Numbered from the stretch's first letter, positions 50,401-63,913 are shown. The stretch: DNA of 64,000 nucleotides from Klebsormidium nitens (GCA_000708835.1 DF236962.1:376712-440711), one strand, 5' to 3'. The notes: generated from the letters alone by a model not told the origin. A program made the numbers and translations.

Positions 50401-53400
50401 GTGGTGTGCCAGGCGTTCCAGGCCATTGTTGCTGGTGCTGCTAACTTGATGAAGTCCAAGAAAGCAGAGCATAGTACACTGAACTCTTTCCGCCACGGGC
50501 GCAAAACACGCTTCTCTTTGTTGGCTTGCTTGCTTGTCTACTTTCCCCATGGCGCTCCGATCGTACCTGTCACGTCGTTAGCATGGAGCAATCTTGAAGC
50601 GAACACGCAGACCCTCTCTTGTTTTGGCGGTGTTCGTGAAACCAATCAACTTTTTCTATGGATTGCTTTCTTGGCCGAAGCATTACACCTTACTCTGCTT
50701 TTGAAACCTTCCTTCCATTGGCAGGTGGACGATTTGCTGTGGGTTGTGCTATCGAGGAAACTTCTCAAAACGACGTTTCTCGAGATCCTCGTACACTGCC
50801 AAAATCAAAATATTCGGTCAATCTTACAAAGTTAGAGTCTCAAATTCTAGCTCCTTGAATTGACATTTTGTCGCAACAGGTCGCTGTGAAGAGGGACGCA
50901 ACGCCTTGATACGCGCCGGGGGCGTCCGCGCCCTTGTCGCCGCCCTTCAGTGCTCGGAACCCGGGCCAATTCCCCCGGGCACCCCGACGCCTTCCGTTCC
51001 GCCCGGGGGGCTCTCCCCGACCGGAACCGCGGCCATCGCCCAGCTTTTGAGCACCCTGGCAGTGCACCACCCCGAGGCCCGATCGCAGATGGCGTCACTG
51101 GGCGTCCTCCGACCGCTCGTCGACGTTCTGATGGGCGGGAGACGATCCCCCGGAGGGAAAGAAGAGGAGCCCGGAACGATCGCCCAGGAGGCCGCTGCGG
51201 CCGCGCTCGCGAACATCGTCCAGGGGGATCCCGCGAGCGCGCGCGAGGTCGTGGGCGCCGGCGCGATCGCGCCGCTCGTGCGCGCGCTCGAGGGCGGCGG
51301 CGAAGCCGCCGCGCGAGCGCGCGGTGCGGCTGCGGCCGCGCCAAACCCGGGCGGGCAGCTCGCGGCGATGACGGCGCTCGCGAGCCTGGTTCGCACGNNN
51401 NNNNNNNNNNNNNNNNNNNNNNNNNNNNNNNNNNNNNNNNNNNNNNNNNNNNNNNNNNNNNNNNNNNNNNNNNNNNNNNNNNNNNNNNNNNNNNNNNNNN
51501 NNNNNNNNNNNNNNNNNNNNNNNNNNNNNNNNNNNNNNNNNNNNNNNNNNNNNNNNNNNNNNNNNNNNNNNNNNNNNNNNNNNNNNNNNNNNNNNNNNNN
51601 NNNNNNNNNNNNNNNNNNNNNNNNNNNNNNNNNNNNNNNNNNNNNNNNNNNNNNNNNNNNNNNNNNNNNNNNNNNNNNNNNNNNNNNNNNNNNNNNNNNN
51701 NNNNNNNNNNNNNNNNNNNNNNNNNNNNNNNNNNNNNNNNNNNNNNNNNNNNNNNNNNNNNNNNNNNNNNNNNNNNNNNNNNNNNNNNNNNNNNNNNNNN
51801 NNNNNNNNNNNNNNNNNNNNNNNNNNNNNNNNNNNNNNCCGGTTGATGGCCCTGGTAGCCCCCCCGGGGCAGATGCGGCAGATGAAAGAGACGGCGGCGC
51901 TGGTGCTTACGGAGCTCGCAACGGAGGACGGGGAACTGCAGGAGACGGTCGGGGGGTCGGGCACGATCGCGGTGCTCGTGGGGATGCTGAACGGGCCGGG
52001 GAAGGGGAAGCTCGCGGCAGCAAGTGAGTGGATATGGAACATGGTTACGATGTGCACTTAGAAACTAACAGGGATTGAAGGCATGGTTGCTTGAACTAAA
52101 GAGATAAGAGCACGCATTGATTCTTGACCAATTGGTTGCTTGACCGTGCTAGTCCCGTCCGTGTCTCTCTGATGCTCTGGGGCTTCTCTGAACTTGTGCA
52201 TCGCCGAAAGTCATCAAATCCTCAAGATATTACAGGAGCAGAGAGTCCAGTAGACGCGAAGAGTGTCTCTTTAAGCCTCCGGATCGTGGTTCGTGTCGAT
52301 CATGTTGCACCTTAACCAAGCGGGAGAAGACTTGCAAAGTACGAGCCGCCAAGTATGGGCACGGATCCACTTAAAGGGGCCTCGCGGCTTGATAAGAAAT
52401 GCTCGCCAGAGCACCCAAGAAAAACACGTCAACTCGACCAATTTATTTTGCATGAGCGCCACGTTCTAAGGAGCTCAACGTCCCAACCCTTTTTGCAGGG
52501 GCGCTGTCTATCCTGACCTCTCGGAGCGAAGCCAACAAGCACCGCGCGCGCAACGCCGGCGCTGACGTCAGCGTCCTTAGCACCCTCAAGTTCCCCGGGC
52601 AGACGGAGCCGCCAGGGGCATCCCCCGAGAAGCTCGCCAAGACGGGGCCACAGCCCCCGGGGGGCCGGCCGACTTATCAGGGGGCGCGTCAGCCGCTCAC
52701 GCAAGTGCCTGGGGGAGCCCCCCGGGCAGTCAACGGCCCGGGCAAATTTTCGGGGGGGAGGATGATCAGCGGTTTTGGGGGGTGGGGCAGAACCAGGCGC
52801 CGAGGGGCCCGCAGAGCGTGCGCCAGGTGGGGGTCGGGGGGGGTAACTTTGGCCCGGGACATTACCCCGGGCAGATGGCCGGGGGAAGGGGCCCCATTGT
52901 GCATCATATCCGGGTGCCCCAACCACGCGCCCCTCAGTACTACCGACCGGCTTATACGGTAGCACCGGCGACGAAGGCCGTCCCTCAGCGGCCTCCGAGC
53001 GCATTCCCACCATCGGTCATTTACACCCGGGCGCCCGTCCAGCGCCCGGTAGGAGTTGCCGGGCAGTCCTACGCGGCTCCCGCGCAACAAAACGTGGTGC
53101 GAACGCTTTGCGCCGGGGGTGAAATCGGCAAACGGGCCAGGGCGCCCGCCTGGTGTGGAGATGAGTACGCAGGCGCAGTCGGTTCCGGTGCCAGAGGGCC
53201 GGAATCCGGCCGGAATGGGAAGCCAAACGCAACCGGCAACCGCCCAGGTCAAGGTTCCGGTGGCAGAGGTCGGGCTTCAGGTGTCCGCGCAGATTCCGCC
53301 TGGGGGGCCGACACAACCAACGGAAACCGGAGCTCAAGGTCATACCGTCCTGAATAGGGGTACTGTCAAAGGCCCTGCGGATCAAGCAGCGGTTACTGAG

Positions 53401-54255
53401 CGCCGTCCGATGGAGAGTGGTCCGAAAGCGACGGCTGAGATGGGCTGCCAGGGCCAGCCGTTGCCGGTGCAACCTAGACCGGTCGCCACTGAACTGTCTG
53501 AGTGGTCGAAGGTACAGATGAAGGTAGTTGCTGACGTACAACCTAAGCCCTTAGTGGCGATCGAAACGGTACCCAAAGCCACACCGGCTGTGACCGAACC
53601 CCCGAAACCGGCGGTTAACCAGTCCCCAGCAACTAACCCGGCCCCTGACCCAGTTACTCATGAGATCAGTCGCCCTTCACCGATGCCTAACATGGAAGAG
53701 AATCTTGCTAATCGGCAGGAGCCGACAAAAGCTTTCCCAGACGAAGCCGCCCGCGCGCCTGCCACGTCAGCGGACGTGGACGGGGCGCCCAGGATGACGT
53801 CAGCGGCCCGCGCGGGTTCGGATCTGAGCCTCCAGATGCTGGCGGAAGTCACTGCGGCAGCGGAAGCGGAACGAGAACTAGAACGGACTCAATCAGAGGT
53901 AAAGCTCGGTTCCACAATTTCGGGGGGGACAAAACGGGCGCGTGGGGAGGCGGGCGCAAGGCCGCCGCTTGCCGAGGGAACGAGTTCCGGCGGTGCGCAG
54001 CAGCGGACTCCGGTGGAGTCGGACGGGCTCCCGCGGCCACCCAAGAAGCCGCGGACGGGCATGCACCGGACGCCGTCCAAGCTGGTGGCGGAACGCTTTC
54101 CGAGTTTTGCGGAAGACGCAAAAGAGCAGCAAGGCCAACTGAGGGGGGGGAGTCCCGGCTCGGATGAAGCGGAGCGGAAAGACAGGGGCAACGAAACGGC
54201 GTCGGAACGAGGTCGCCGCACGAGACTCCGTGGGCCTCCTCAGAGGCTCGGTTAG
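38424..54255 (+). CDS. Very large Armadillo-repeat protein (~3,400 aa) with long disordered insertions and NLS-like basic clusters
   Basis: Phase-compatible exons 38424-38573, 39568-40317, 40856-41057, 41608-41702, 42248-42376, 42666-42842, 43255-44096, 44468-47735, 48225-50112, 50880-(gap)-52023, 52499-54255. ARM motifs AGAIPPLVDVL, AGAIPPLVNLL, YGAIPFLIRMV, AGGVAPLVKIL, AGAIAPLVRAL. The last exon has frame inconsistencies. Confidence 0.8.
49292..49392 (+). repeat. Coding tandem duplication (~54 nt; KGEEASVVEP twice) in the ARM gene
   Basis: aaaggcgaggaggcgtcagtcgtggagccg and aagggcgaggaggcgtcagtggtggagccg. Confidence 0.8.
51398..51838. other. Assembly gap (441 N) inside ARM coding sequence
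   Basis: Run of N. The ARM-like frames on either side differ, so the gap length is approximate or the gap contains an intron. Confidence 0.99.
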
Positions 54256-55647
54256 TGGGCCAAACGGCTGCTTGTTTCGTATTCAAAGAGAAACTGCGAC
54301 AGTCTGGGAGTCAGCCTTCATAATGACCGTTCTGAGCATTTCCGACTACATGAGCGGGTTTCAAAACCACTGTATACTAGCAATATAAGTTAAAGCGACT
54401 TGATTAAATCAGCGCCGGGCCAAAGCTTGCAAAAGCGTTCATTTTTCGGGCCGCCATGCTGCAGTCTTTATGCATTTCGACAAACCTTCCTGCCACCACT
54501 ATATACTGCTCCAAAGTATAACGATCGATGCAAATGGATTAGTACTACAGCGTGTAAGTGGCGACATGTTTTTATACAACGCCGCGGCGTCTTGCAAGAC
54601 ACCTAGGGCATCATTCTCCATGCAGCTTGATTGTCTGCACTACTCTTCAGAGCGCCTAGCTTGCACCGCATATCGGATGTAAATTGCGCTGCATTGACGC
54701 GATGGCAAGCGGCGCATCTGAGGAATCTATATCGTCGCTTGTGCTGGCATACAGTGCGCACTGATAGCCATGAACAATCTACAACTCATGCCGCCGATCA
54801 TGATGGCACACGGGTGCCTGCCTTTTCGTGTAGGAAAGAAGAGTTACACCGGACTCGGGAGACCGCGCGCCGCGCACGCTGGCAGATCGGACTCGGACCA
54901 TGACAGCGTGACACATCCTAAATCAAATCAAACATGGTCGGAAGTCTACGTTCAGGATAAAGGGGCCGAAGTCCTGTTACCGGTGAATTCAATGAAATGA
55001 TTCAAAGGAGCTTCAACCTTAAGGACCTAAGCGCAGTCAGGCGATGCGAACGGGTAGATTACAGCCAAAACCCCTCTCGGTGACAGGTCTCTGACACGGC
55101 GCTCGAACTAGTCATATGTTTGTGTAAAAGGCTTTTTTTATCCAGCCCCGATACTACAAATTGTAGCATACCGTCGCCTGACATACAGTACACTACGCGG
55201 ATTGCCTGTCCCACACTTCCTGATCCTGCCCTTACGGCATATAAGCTACTGCAAAATGCCTCTGTGGATCTGAGATACGCTCCCTGTGATCTTGTCGCGC
55301 ATCCGTACGTGTCGCGCTTAGGCAAGAACAGCTCCCACTACTGCAAGAAGTTGCCTTTTGATCTCTAGCTAAAAGTGCTGCCAAACGCAGCTAGCACAAC
55401 CAAACTGCCAAAAGAGCTGCCGTCATTAAGTTAGCGACCCCAGTCGCAAAGCTGTCTACAGTCAACCCAGCTTAGTCTACAGTTGGAATGCTGATCGTCT
55501 CCCACACTTTTCCGAGGCGGACCGCAGTGGTAGTCTGGGTATGTGCCCTATCCTTGCACGTCCCAAACTCGGCAGCCTCAGGTTACGGCACCGAATTCCC
55601 ACTGGCAACACGAGACCCTTCCGCATCAATCCAACCCACGCAAGCCC

Positions 55648-58600
55648 TCAACTGGCGCTGGCCCCCTCCTCCGGAGCAAACAGCTCCGCGTACGACGTCA
55701 GCAGCATGCCCATGTACTCCAGGATGACGTCATCCTTCGTCAGCTGCTCGACCAGCGCGAGGGACCGGACGGCCATGTCCCGGAGCTCCTCCTGGCGACC
55801 CTCCGCGCCTTGGAGCACGGTCAGAAGGTCGCCCAGATCTTCCGCGTAACGCACGTAATGCGTACCCGCCTCGAAGAAGAAGTCGGAGAACTCGCGGTAG
55901 TGGGTCGACTGTATGGAAAAGGGCAGCCGATTAGTTGGGGGGTTTATTCAACGGCCAACAACTGGAGACGGGAAATACGACCCGGAATCGACAACGATGG
56001 ACGAATCTGGGGAAGGATTTCGGATCATGCTCCGGAGATGCTATGAGGTTATGGATCCGGCACAAGACCGGCGACTGATCCCGAGGATTTTGAGTTTCTG
56101 GACATAAACAGTGACTTTGACTGCCCGCAAGTGAAGTACTCAATTCGGAAAGAACCGCCATGGGAAGAGCCACTTGTTTTCTTTTAGGGATTTCCATCTT
56201 CTGGGACGAGCAAGGGTGTCGCAACGGAATCCAAAACGAAGTTGACCGCTTGCAATCGGGAAAGAATCAGGAGGGTATAATGCACGCGCGCACCTGCTTG
56301 AAGATTGTGGCCCCCGACGCGAGCAGCTGAAAGAAGCGCGAGCTCCACGACTCGCCGTCGATGTCCACCAGATACTTGCGCTCCATGTAGTCCGTGAAGT
56401 TAGCCAGCCGGTCAGCGTAACCCAGCTCCTGGTTAAGAAGTACAAGGAGGTTGAGAAAACTCAGTAACGGGACGCGGTTGGGGAACTGGTTTGCTTTGCC
56501 GGTCAGCGTAACCCAGCTCCTATTTGAGCAAAACCCGCGGGAGACGGTTGTGAGTAGTCTGGCGAAGTCGGCTGGCAAGGTACCGCTCGCAACGTTCATT
56601 GGTTAAACCCTCCTCATTTGGTGAGCTTTTTTTCGTTTTGTTGGATTTCTTTCCCGTATGCAGCCGGTGAGAGGGCGAGGGTTGGTCTGCGTAAGACAAG
56701 TCCTGGTTTTGCTCCGGAAGCAAGAGCGGATCATAACCCGGCCTTGTTCGTTCTAGCGCGGAAACTTTCGTAAGGCTTTGACTGTCATCCACAACGGGCT
56801 TTTGAAGGACAGATGGTGAGAGTCGTGACTGAAAGAATTTGCCGCTCTCGCATCGTGCTTTGCCTTCAGCGGTCCAAGAGAAAGGACAAAACGACGGCGT
56901 CAACGCTTCGCTTCGACTTGAGGATCTCAGAAAAGTTGAAGGGTAGGATTCGAACTGCGAAGGTTATTCAAAGACGAAGTGGACAGATCGCAGATTATAT
57001 CAGGACAGACAGCACAGAAAGGCTAAGGCTTCGGCAGCTGTCCTGTTTGCGGGGCACCGAACAAAGGCGGACATTCCGCAGATTTGAGATGAATCGGCTG
57101 GGGGGACAAGCCTCTATGCTGTTCGTTACCGTCGATAATATCATTGTATAACATGCTCCAGGTTGCTCCTAAAGAGTTCCTTAGCGGTGGTCCAACTCGC
57201 GGGCCTGGTCTCAAAAGCTGATAGCTGAAGCTCGAGATTGTACTCTTCGACTGGCTTCACCGGTAAGATTCGGACGGCTGTAGCAGAAGTTTGCCCGTTG
57301 CCGGTGGCCGGTGGTTCTGAGTCGCAATGCATATTTTAGATAGAAAATCAAGCGATCAACCCCACATTTACCCCAGCCGATTGCTACTGGATTCCGGACA
57401 TGCTACACCCAATACTAACTCCTCCTTCTAGAGACTTCCAACGTGGTAAACAATCTAGTTCCAAGGAGCAGATTTGGCCACCGTTCGAGCAAGAACAGAA
57501 AGCGCCTTGCTTGTTGCATTGCGAGATCAGGGAGCGCTTCACTTGTCTTTAAGGCGCAATTTTGACCACCCAATAAGCAAGAAAAGGGAGAGCTCACCTT
57601 GCCGATCGCTTCTCTCGCGGCCTGGGTACACTGCCCGTCGGCGCACTTTGTGAACATGGCGTCGAGAAGTTCGGGGTTGGCCTTGGACAGCATCACCAGC
57701 TGGCTGCGCGCCTTCTCCTTCCAATCTTCAACCCGGTACAGACCGCCTGCGGAACAGAGAGAGCGGTTCGTACCGGCTTTTTGACAATGCGGCCTCTCTG
57801 AAAGTAAAGTGAATCGAGGGGCGATTGTAAGCTATTTGTCGGGGATAGAACTGGCACGAAGCAGAGATAGTTGTTCTAAGGTTAGGGATTGTAAAGAGCA
57901 AAGCGTGGGCAATCTTGATAAGAACTCTCCAGCGGGTTACATTTGGTGAGCGTTTCGTTGAACGATCAAGGACAGCTCCCATGAATCGACCGCAGTTGGT
58001 GCCGCCAGAACGTCAAGGGAGTGTATCTACTAGATTGGAGGAGGTAGTAACGATGTCGCGTCTGCCTGGAGATGGTCATAAGAAGTAGTAGTTCGTTCGT
58101 CAACAAGCAGACAGAGAAAGACAGGATATTATGTTTGGAAGAAAGGTTTGGGGTCCTGCAAACATCTCGTGCAATGTTGAGAATTGTCAAAGAGGAAGCA
58201 GAGAGAACCTTCCAATCGGCGGCGAGACAGATTAAGTGCGCTTCGCTCGCCCAAGTACAGGGAAGCAGACGCGGGCCTGACTCTGCAACGAACACGACCC
58301 GTTGCACGACGTAGAAACGGGGGAACCAGACTGTAACCGGAGCGAGCACGGATTCCGAACCAAAAGCGTAACGACCTGCCAGTAACAAGTTAGAAACACG
58401 GTACGACCATGCAATGACGACGCAGTACAAGCTTTCCGTATCCTGAAGCGGATGCCCCGACAGCCTTGGAGGGATCCTACGATTACCGGCAATCAAGCTT
58501 TCGAGGCATGTCAGTTCGATACTCATGAGCGCCTAATTAAACGTAGACCTCGACGAAGCAAGGGACGAGCGTAACCCTTGAAGCAGATATGACGAACGTA

Positions 58601-61600
58601 CAGCTGAACTGGTCTAAGTTTTCGGCCAGAAACATCCCGGCTTCACAAGCCGTTGCTCAGTTTGAAGTCTAATCGGAAACAATGTGCGGGCGCAAATCCC
58701 CTCCAGTTGGTCACCCCTGCCACAGTGCCGATGGATTTCACTTACTCCCACTTTGTAAAGCAAAACCTTCTTCTTTCTTCTGCTCTTTTCGGAAGTCTCT
58801 CATGAGTTCTTTCTAGTGTCCTAAGACGACAGCATTTGTCAAGAGAGTCTCTTTGGGAATACCCACCGGTCGGCGACCCCCGCCACAGCGCCGATCCTCT
58901 CCTCCCCTCCCACGGGTGGTCCCGCCGTATCTTTTCCGGGTCCCACGAAAGCTTGCACTGATCGCTTTTGTACTCGTCCCGCATGAGGCACCGGTGGTAC
59001 TGAAACCCGACCCCAATCAGGTCGTAGTGCTCCGCAGTCGAGCAGTAACTGAGCACGGGGGGCAGGTCGGGGGATCGCTCCGAGCGAAGCAACCGGGGGG
59101 AGGCCTCGATGTTGACCGCTATCTCCACGTGGTCGGGAATGCGCCCCTGCTTGATCAGCAGCTTGAACATCTGGTTCACTTGGTCGGCCCTGAGGAGGGA
59201 TAGAGGTCGCAGTTTCTGTGTCAATCCTACATCTTTCTTGCATCAATAATCTTGGAAGGTTTGTGCACGTTGCGGGGGTGTCTCCTACAGTGGAAGCGTC
59301 TGCAGCCAGCAGTCGCACCTTCCTGAGTGAAGAGGGGTGGGGATCGAAATTGACCTTCAGATTCGAATGTTTTGCCACATCGCTCCTTTGATCATACATG
59401 GCCGCTTAACAACTAATATCGCCGAGAGGCAAAAATTGGGCCATTCATTGTACCAAAAAAGCCATCGGATGGCTGCTGTGCAATCAACATGGCCAGGTTT
59501 GACGGAAAGCGGATAGAGAGGTTCATAGCTTTGCTGGACCACCGCGTCCCTTGTGAGGACGTGTTTGCAGCTCAGAAAGAAGTGACTGTATTCGGCAGAC
59601 GTATAGGGAGGGTACTGGAATGAAAGTTGCACGCTTGGTTGACGACGTTCTTCATCCACATTTAACAAGCATAGCAAGCTGAGACTGCAATCACTCGTCC
59701 CCTGCAATTCTTGTATCTTTGAGTGAAGCCTTTATTGGACAGACATAAGATCTACGGAGCTGAAAAAAGCTTCAGCTCCCTATTTGAAGCAGGTAACTTG
59801 TTTCAACATCGTCGACATTATGCAGACAATTGCTCATGAAGACCCCAAATTCCTCGAGGTTAATTCAAGCTCAATTTGAAATCTTTGAGCTGGTCATGAC
59901 AAGACTTCATAGCTTTTCATTTCAAGCACTTAAAGTGATACCAAACCATTCTTCAACCAGACAGTCCACCTCTCGTTGGTCATCTTGTCTTCTCCTGTCA
60001 GAAACTTTACTTGTCAGCTTTTCTCCGTGCGTCAGGAAGCTTCTTAGACACAAACAGAGATTTTCTCAACCAATAAGTAGTCACCTCACCGGTACCAGTA
60101 GCTCCACTTTTCGCTGACCTTCTCGGGGTCCTTCACCATCGTTACTGTTCCATTCCGGATTTTGAAGTGCACGCACATCCCAGTCTTATTCCTCTGGGCC
60201 GCCACGTCAGCGTACGTGAACCCCCCCTTTTTGTACGGCGCCAGCTGCTCGTCGATCTTCTGCTGCAGCAACGCTCGCCGCCGCTCGGGGTCTGAGGCGT
60301 CCTCCCACGAGGGGGGGTCTTCGCCTTCCGAGACCCCAGCGCGTCTTTCGGCTGCTTTGTCGGCTTCGAAAATTTCATACTCAAGCGCCCCTTCGATCCG
60401 CTCTAGTTGTTGGTTGTCTTCCTGTGTGAGCACCCCCCCCAGCGGATCCTTGGTTCCTTCTGCCGGGGGGTCCGTCGGCCTGCCTTCTTCACCCCACTTT
60501 AGAATCCCCACCTCTTCTGCGCTCGTTTCCTGGAGCGCCTCATCCTTGAAATCAGGCAGCAAACCCGCTTTATTGACGCGGTGAATTTGGAGTCGCTGGC
60601 CGTCCGTTGTTTGGACCAATGTGTCATCCCATATGCCTGCTTCGCTAGCTTCCGTCCCGTTTCCCCTGGTGCTGATGTCACCTTTCTCACCCCCCGTGAA
60701 AAGTCCCACAATGGAACCGAAGAGTGACCGCCTGTTGGACCCCTCAGGCACGCCGTCGAAGTCCCCCGCTCCTTTTCTTGACAGGACCGATCCCACAAAG
60801 CGACTCTCAAAGCTCGGTGAGTCATTGACGCCATCGGCGATGAAGCTTTCTTTGTCTGCGGGGAAAGCAGAGCTGAAGTTAACAGTAGGGAACTTTTGGG
60901 CCATATCGATCGAGGAACGAAAAGAAGCCTCCATGTCGTCACATCATGCCGTCTGTATAATGCAACTTTCTGGAAGAGAACTCTGCATTTCAATGAATTG
61001 CGATGCTTAGATATTCCGTAGACCACCATAGGCATGCTTGATGTCATGTAACTTGGCACCAGTCTCAGTCCATCCGAGTCTTTCAGCAATGAGCCTTCCA
61101 CCGAGAAAACAAAGTGGATTGCAATTTTTGTGGCGGTTCTGCCTCTCTCGGACAGCAAAAAAAGTAGTCTTGTCACACATGCTTAGTCTCACATGCGAGT
61201 TAATAAGAGATCAACTCCCAGGTCACAAGCAATGAGAAAGTTTTGTGATGCAAGCAGCCTTAAGTCAATGAGAGGTTTGGTCATGTCCAAGACAATAGAC
61301 TATAAGACCCTGACAGGGCATCAGAGCGTCAGAGCACCCCTGTCTTCAGATCTTCAACAGCGGCTAAGCAGCAGATGCCAAACACAGCTCTCAACCAAGG
61401 GGAACCAAGAATGAAGTAGATGACTCTTTCCTGATATGAAATAAAGATTTCCTCTGCATTGCAATCAGAGCTGTCCGAGACGCACGCCTAAGCTGCCAAC
61501 ATCACCACCAATCTCAGCTGTTAGAAGCAATTACAAATAAGAAATTGTTGAAGTGACAGTAAATTCTCTTACCCTCGCTACCTCCAACATCTGTTGATTG

Positions 61601-61729
61601 CAAGAACTGCGAATGCCGCAGGTGAACCACCAGGATGTGGAAAAGCAGGATCACGGTTACATTTCGGTACGAGAAGAAGGAACGCACAGACGGGACCGAT
61701 GGGAAACTCTTTTTCCCTAGAAACTTCAT
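55648..61729 (-). CDS. Glycosyltransferase family 90 (CAP10/POGLUT-like), type II membrane protein, 640 aa
   Basis: Minus-strand exons 61573-61729, 60119-60855, 59454-59614, 58867-59189, 57598-57746, 56294-56428, 55648-55908 total 1923 nt in frame. N-terminal hydrophobic segment VTVILLFHILVVHL; motifs PVLSYC, WEGRRGSALWRGSPTG, KYLVDIDGESWSSRF..LLASGATIFKQ, HYVRY..DLGDL. Confidence 0.9.
56497..56522 (-). repeat. Echo of the GT90 exon-6 acceptor plus first 22 nt, 91 nt upstream of the real site
   Basis: ag|GAGCTGGGTTACGCTGACCGGC occurs at both 56519 and 56428. Confidence 0.9.
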
Positions 61730-63913
61730 TGTGGAGAGAACCGCAGGAAACTCATTCCAGCTTTTACCACTTGGTCCTTGATGAGCTCACAACTGCCGGT
61801 CTAGCAGCTGAAAGCGTCCTAGAAGCTTCCAATCGTCGCAGCCTTTCTCTTCTCAGTGCATTCCCATATATATTCGCAAATCCGCAGCTCTGATGTGGCC
61901 GCTTGAATTCATGCCTGATCTTCTCAAGAGGCGAAGACTTTTCTTTGATGTGACAGAAACTCGAAGCTGCCAGCATTGCCAATGGTTCACCCCTTTGCTT
62001 AAGTTCCTATCAAAGCTGCTGCTGGCCCCATGAGTAAATGCAGAACGAAGATTACGGTGAAACCGCCTCCCCATGATTCAATGATTCATCTTTCTCCAAG
62101 TGGCACCCTGCCAGCTCCTAGTACTATGTGAACGCCCATCTGGTTTTAAGTTTCACAGGTAGTCACTTCAAAGGCGTTCAAGAAACTGCATGGCTCCACC
62201 CTCGAGCTCTAGCCTCTAGGATAGATCAAACAGGAAGACGAAGATCTCTACAAGTTCAGCATCTCGATGTGCTGCATTCACCACACAACTGTTGATCAAG
62301 GACTGCAGTAAACTAGGTAGTATTACGAAATGCTCAAATTGGCACCAGGTTTGAGGCAGACTTCTGCTATGCTGGGGCCATTGCCAGAATTCACGGTGAA
62401 GTTACAGTTTAAGTAGATAGTGCCTGCCTGAGCCTGCCACGTGAATATACAAGGCTATAATATAGGAACATGCTCATTGGTAGTCCTGAGCTTGCTGCAA
62501 TGATTGAAACTGCGTTGCGCAGCTTTTGGTATCCAGGGCGGACTGAACGGCGGCAGACCCGGTCATGGTACGGGTTATGTTACATGTCCACGATTAAAAA
62601 TGTTGTGTTTAGTGAAGTATTTTAGGAGCCCCGGTCGCCTCAACAAACATCTCATGACCCAAAACACCTTTACGCTTCCACCCATTTGCAACCTACGGTC
62701 TACTTAGCTATAATATCTAGGCCCTATTAAATAGCCCATCCTAAGTACTATAGTCCATAATCCAACCCCATACGCCCCCGGGTGCCAGTGGTCACTCTGA
62801 TTTAAAATTTTGCAGTTGAACCGTTGAAAACCTCGTTCCCTCATTAATTTTAATTGAATAAAGGAATCCTAGCCTTCTAACTACCGTTCTACGTTGCCAA
62901 TGCACCGTAACGTACGGAAATTCCGGGCCGCCGCGGCCCGCCCGGCCCGGGGCCGCCAAACATCATGCATGCCACAGCAACTTATTTAGCGTTAAATTAA
63001 ATTGATCAAAAGGAATCTCCTTCGTTAACATCAAAATACTTAACCTTCAAAATTGTCTCCTCCATATTAGTTTACCTTCTAAATTCCCAAGCTAACCCCA
63101 TCCGTTTGAGGCTGGCTAGATATTAAAGGGTGAACTTGTACCTAAATTGGCCATGCAAACTACGCGTTCCAATGTCAGATGCGAATAATGCGCGGCGCAG
63201 CAAGTGACATCATTCGGGTGTCGTACAACGGAGACTTGCCGAAATATAATCAGCTGGAAGTACGTCCCGACTCCCCACTACCCGGGGGATGAGACCCGGG
63301 TTCTGGAGTCCCGACTCGTGCTGAGTCGTGACCCTTGGACTGTTCCGTCTCAACCGGTCGGTAGAACATACCTATCGCAGTCGGATTTGAAATGTTACTG
63401 GATGTACCCTTTATACACGGGAAATTATTGGTAGATTTCCAGGAATCACGTGACCAGCCCTCTTAGCTAGTGGCCGGAATTGTGGGATCCCCCTTGCGCC
63501 GAGCAACAGAAACGGCAACAACCTCGTGAGTAGCTCCCTGATTCACTGAACTGAAGATAGGATAGGTAGGCAAGTAGGTACCACGGCCGGTCAGCTTTCG
63601 AACGGGAGCACTGAACCGGCTGGAAACAGAATATTGCTGTCTGGTCGATCAGCAAAGTGCGCACTGCCCAGGCGGCATTTATTATCGAGATCGACGGTCG
63701 CTATGTACCTAGTCCTACCGTCACATTGCAGCCCAGAATGAACAATCTGAGGACACCACGCTCATCAGCTGGAGACGTGGGACTCCTATACCTGGCGATG
63801 GTCGCTGGAGCACGGGTGCCAAGGGCCGCACGGCGGCCCCTGGGAGGCGGCGACGACCTCGACTTACGAGGAATTATACACCCTTTTTACCCCGCACGCG
63901 GCATGACCCGTAG

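Noticed and set aside
60856-60934. ATG at 60934 as start of the GT90 gene
   Set aside because: A strong acceptor at 60856 joins in phase to an upstream exon (61573-61729) that supplies the transmembrane anchor.
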